Of a DNA stretch of 50,313 nucleotides, positions 48,100 to 50,313 are shown one piece after another. The stretch covers positions 1 through 50,313 of the forward strand of contig JAJXXC010000010.1 of NCBI GenBank assembly GCA_021781215.1. The letters are read 5' to 3'. A program made the position numbers and the translations under genes. Numbering within the stretch: position 1 is the first letter of the stretch; each line of letters begins with the position of its first letter. The notes under the pieces were generated by a model. It had not been told where the DNA came from, ran no database searches, and saw only the letters and a list, made by a program, of their open reading frames with translations. The DNA comes from a bacterium (lineage in GTDB: Bacteria; Patescibacteriota; Saccharimonadia; Saccharimonadales; DATKHC01).

Positions 48100-48612
48100 T
48101 TAAAGAGCGGCTTCTAGCGCTGCCCACTCAACTATAGTCGATTCATCTTCGGGTACATTTACACTGACCTGATCACCAGGTTTAGCTTTGAAATAAGTTA
48201 CGCTAGCCAAAAGTATTCGATAAGATTTTTCTTGGGTATCGACAAAGTAATGACCGGCCTCTAGTCTAAGCGTACCTATTAATTGTCTTCTGGGAATGGG
48301 ACCTATTTGTTTATACATAAAAGATCCATCTTCGGTGATAGTCAGTTTAAGGATATCACCCTGTACTAACTTAGATTTTGATGCATAGTTTGCTGGGACG
48401 GGATAATTCTTTCCATCAGATCCAAGCATATTTTGACCATCAAATACACCTTCAACAATTTTCCCTAAGGTTTCAGTCTTGTTTATTTGAGTAGTAGTTA
48501 CTTCGTCGCCAACAATACTTAACAAGAGTTCTTTACATGCAGCCAGACTAGTTTCAGCTTCTGTGATTAGAGCCTTTAGTCTTTTTATTTGTTTCTCCGG
48601 TATTTCTGCCAT
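48100..48612 (-). CDS. Conserved hypothetical protein
   Basis: IVEGVFDGQNM...YPVPANYASKSKLVQGDILKL, recalled as a CPR-conserved family next to rplL. Confidence 0.8.
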   Translation of the reverse strand: MAEIPEKQIKRLKALITEAETSLAACKELLLSIVGDEVTTTQINKTETLGKIVEGVFDGQNMLGSDGKNYPVPANYASKSKLVQGDILKLTITEDGSFMYKQIGPIPRRQLIGTLRLEAGHYFVDTQEKSYRILLASVTYFKAKPGDQVSVNVPEDESTIVEWAALEAAL

Positions 48613-48741
48613 ATTTGTCTCTATTTATATAAAAGTGTTGTTGTTGTTTTTTCCCCACACCTTCGATTAAAACTTAGCATGTAATTTATGCATTGTCAAA
48701 ATAAAGTCTGTGTAAAAGTTTATATTTTTAGTCTTATAAGT

Positions 48742-49143
48742 CTATACTAATTCGACTTTTGCACCAGCATCTTCAAGTGCTTTCTTGGCACTATTTGCGT
48801 CTTCAGCCTTAGCTTTTTCAAGAATAGTACTTGGTACATTATCAACTAAAGCCTTTGCCTCACCTAAACCTAGGCCAGTGATGTCTTTAACAGCCTTGAT
48901 GATCGCTACCTTTTGTGCGCCTGCATCATTTAGCATAACTGTAAATTCAGTCTTAGCTTCTTCAGCTGGAGCTGCATCAGCGGCTGCAGGTGCTGCCATC
49001 ATTGCTGCAGGTGCTGCAGCTGAAACGTTCCAATATTCTTCCAGAAATTTAACAAATTTACTAATTTCCAAAGCAGTCATCTTATCTAAAAGATCGACCA
49101 AGTCTTTGAATTCTTTAGGTACTTTTACTTCGTTTTCTGACAT
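48742..49143 (-). CDS. rplL: 50S ribosomal protein L7/L12
   Basis: Ala-rich hinge, KTEFTV, KVAIIKAVK, GLGLGEAKALV, LEDAGAKVEL. Confidence 0.97.
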   Translation of the reverse strand: MSENEVKVPKEFKDLVDLLDKMTALEISKFVKFLEEYWNVSAAAPAAMMAAPAAADAAPAEEAKTEFTVMLNDAGAQKVAIIKAVKDITGLGLGEAKALVDNVPSTILEKAKAEDANSAKKALEDAGAKVELV

Positions 49144-49180
49144 TTAATATACTCCTTCGTAATTATTAATATCTTAAAAT

Positions 49181-49711
49181 TTATTTAACTTGTTCCATGC
49201 GTGCATTTAGCACATTTAACACACTTCTAACATTACCCGAAATAACATTCATAATTCCACCCATTGGTGCGGAAAGTGTTCCTACTAATTGAGCTCTCAA
49301 AACATCCATAGGAGGAATAGTTGCCAGTTCCTTGGTGTCTACAGCACTTAGAAGTTGACCATCAATATTAATCGATCCGATAATTTCTAGTGTAGGATTC
49401 TTTTTAGCAAACTCTGCTATAACCTTAGCACTGGCTAGTTCATCTGAGTTATTAGATGCATATATCAACATTCCAGTTAATATAGACGTATCAATATTCT
49501 TGAATTTTGAGCTATCCTGAAGAGCTTTTAAGACAATTCGATTCTTATAAACCTTTACATTCGTAGAAGTTTGTTTAGCAATCTTTCTTAATTCTTGTAA
49601 GGTTTTCACAGGAGTACCAGAGTACTTTGCAATAACTGTTAGTTTCGATTCTTCTAAAATCTTACTAACGTCATCGAATATAATTTTCTTTTTATCCTTA
49701 GATAAAGCCAT
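49181..49711 (-). CDS. rplJ: 50S ribosomal protein L10
   Basis: LQELRK, KVYKN, LATIP...LRAQLVG; upstream of rplL. Confidence 0.95.
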   Translation of the reverse strand: MALSKDKKKIIFDDVSKILEESKLTVIAKYSGTPVKTLQELRKIAKQTSTNVKVYKNRIVLKALQDSSKFKNIDTSILTGMLIYASNNSDELASAKVIAEFAKKNPTLEIIGSINIDGQLLSAVDTKELATIPPMDVLRAQLVGTLSAPMGGIMNVISGNVRSVLNVLNARMEQVK

Positions 49712-49728
49712 ATCATCCTTTATAAATT

Positions 49729-49753
49729 AAAAAACTTTGGTTTTTACCAAAGC
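49729..49753 (-). terminator. Attenuator terminator in the rplJ leader
   Basis: GCTTTGGT-AAAA-ACCAAAGT followed by a T tract on the minus strand. Confidence 0.7.
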
Positions 49754-49777
49754 TAAATTACAAATTCTATGATTTAT

Positions 49778-49826
49778 AACCTAGGTAGCATTCTTAAGGT
49801 TTCCCCGCTACTTTCTTTGGTTTAGT
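49778..49826 (-). ncRNA. Ribosomal protein L10 leader (autoregulatory RNA)
   Basis: CCAAAGAAAGTAGC-GGGGAAACC-TTAA-GAAT-GCTAC-CTAGG resembles the L10 leader core; TTGACA-17-TATTAT promoter upstream. Confidence 0.75.
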
Positions 49827-49930
49827 TAATAATATTACACCCATGAACTGATGTCAATAATAATTTGTTTGTCAACTGGTTAAAAACATTGATTTATATA
49901 AATATTGGCGTATATTAGAATCTGCATTAT

Positions 49931-50313
49931 ATGAGTACAGAAGCTTTAAATACCGAATATAACGATGAGATGCCTATATCAGAAATGAATAGGTTATTTA
50001 TTCCTGATAAATTACTTATCCTTGATAGCCTAACTCCATTCCTGTCTAAAAATCAACCGGATAGCCTATCTAATCTAGAGCCCTTAAATAATAAAAATGT
50101 AGTACGGGCAAAAGAATTAGAAAAACAAATTAATGATACATTCGATAGTTTGGATATGGTTAGAACATTTCACTTTTTGGAAGAATGGAGCTTTTTAGTC
50201 AGGGATGAAAATAAAAATTTAACCTGCCCTAAGGATGAAATACTTACTAGATTATTCAAAGGATTAAATGGTATGACGTTAATCGCTAATAGTAGGGGTC
50301 GCAACAATGAAAA
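49931..50313 (+). CDS. Hypothetical protein, N-terminal part (runs off window end)
   Basis: ATG at 49931, open to the end (MSTEALNTEYNDEMP...); absent from the supplied ORF track because it has no stop. Confidence 0.65.
   Translation, partial: MSTEALNTEYNDEMPISEMNRLFIPDKLLILDSLTPFLSKNQPDSLSNLEPLNNKNVVRAKELEKQINDTFDSLDMVRTFHFLEEWSFLVRDENKNLTCPKDEILTRLFKGLNGMTLIANSRGRNNE

Noticed and set aside
48100-48612. Calling this a second L7/L12
   Set aside because: No similarity to L7/L12 motifs; the real rplL is the adjacent gene.
1373-49147. Many short antisense or nested ORFs (e.g. 1373-1678, 21038-21388, 27337-27750, 32456-32680, 45858-46202, 48785-49147)
   Set aside because: They shadow well-supported genes on the other strand or frame and show no motifs or RBS.

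Overview
AT-rich bacterial chromosome segment, genetic code 11. It most likely comes from a Patescibacteria (CPR) genome of the Saccharimonadia type; this is inferred from gene order, zinc-finger-less RecR/DnaX, the Q-A-D-N-P-D-G-D form of the DHH motif, prepilin-like and LxxTG-anchored surface proteins and apparently leaderless genes. The left part (1-31.3 kb) holds the end of the atp operon, an aquaporin, a UvrD-nuclease fusion, LCP, PBP2/FtsI, DedA, surface proteins, PIF1, ABC-F, SPFH, an Hsp20/Crp cluster, Zur-znuACB with a clear operator palindrome, and ppdK. The right part (39.5-50.3 kb) is core: cysS, nrnA, recR, ybaB, dnaB, dnaX, rplL and rplJ with an L10 leader. Between them, just downstream of a tRNA-Gln(TTG) 3' end, is an ~8 kb integrase-free hypervariable array (31.3-39.3 kb). 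It contains short co-oriented genes, most with their own promoter: a Phd-RelE TA pair, a DUF5674-like pair, a candidate two-gene defence module with a RHIM-like motif, and several ORFans. The modules nearest the tRNA end in degenerate copies of the tRNA 3' end placed exactly after a stop codon. The array also has a MITE-like element, a long-range inverted repeat and 5'-truncated gene debris. This tRNA-anchored cassette-like array is the best candidate for an undescribed system. All family assignments are by motif recognition only; no database search was run.
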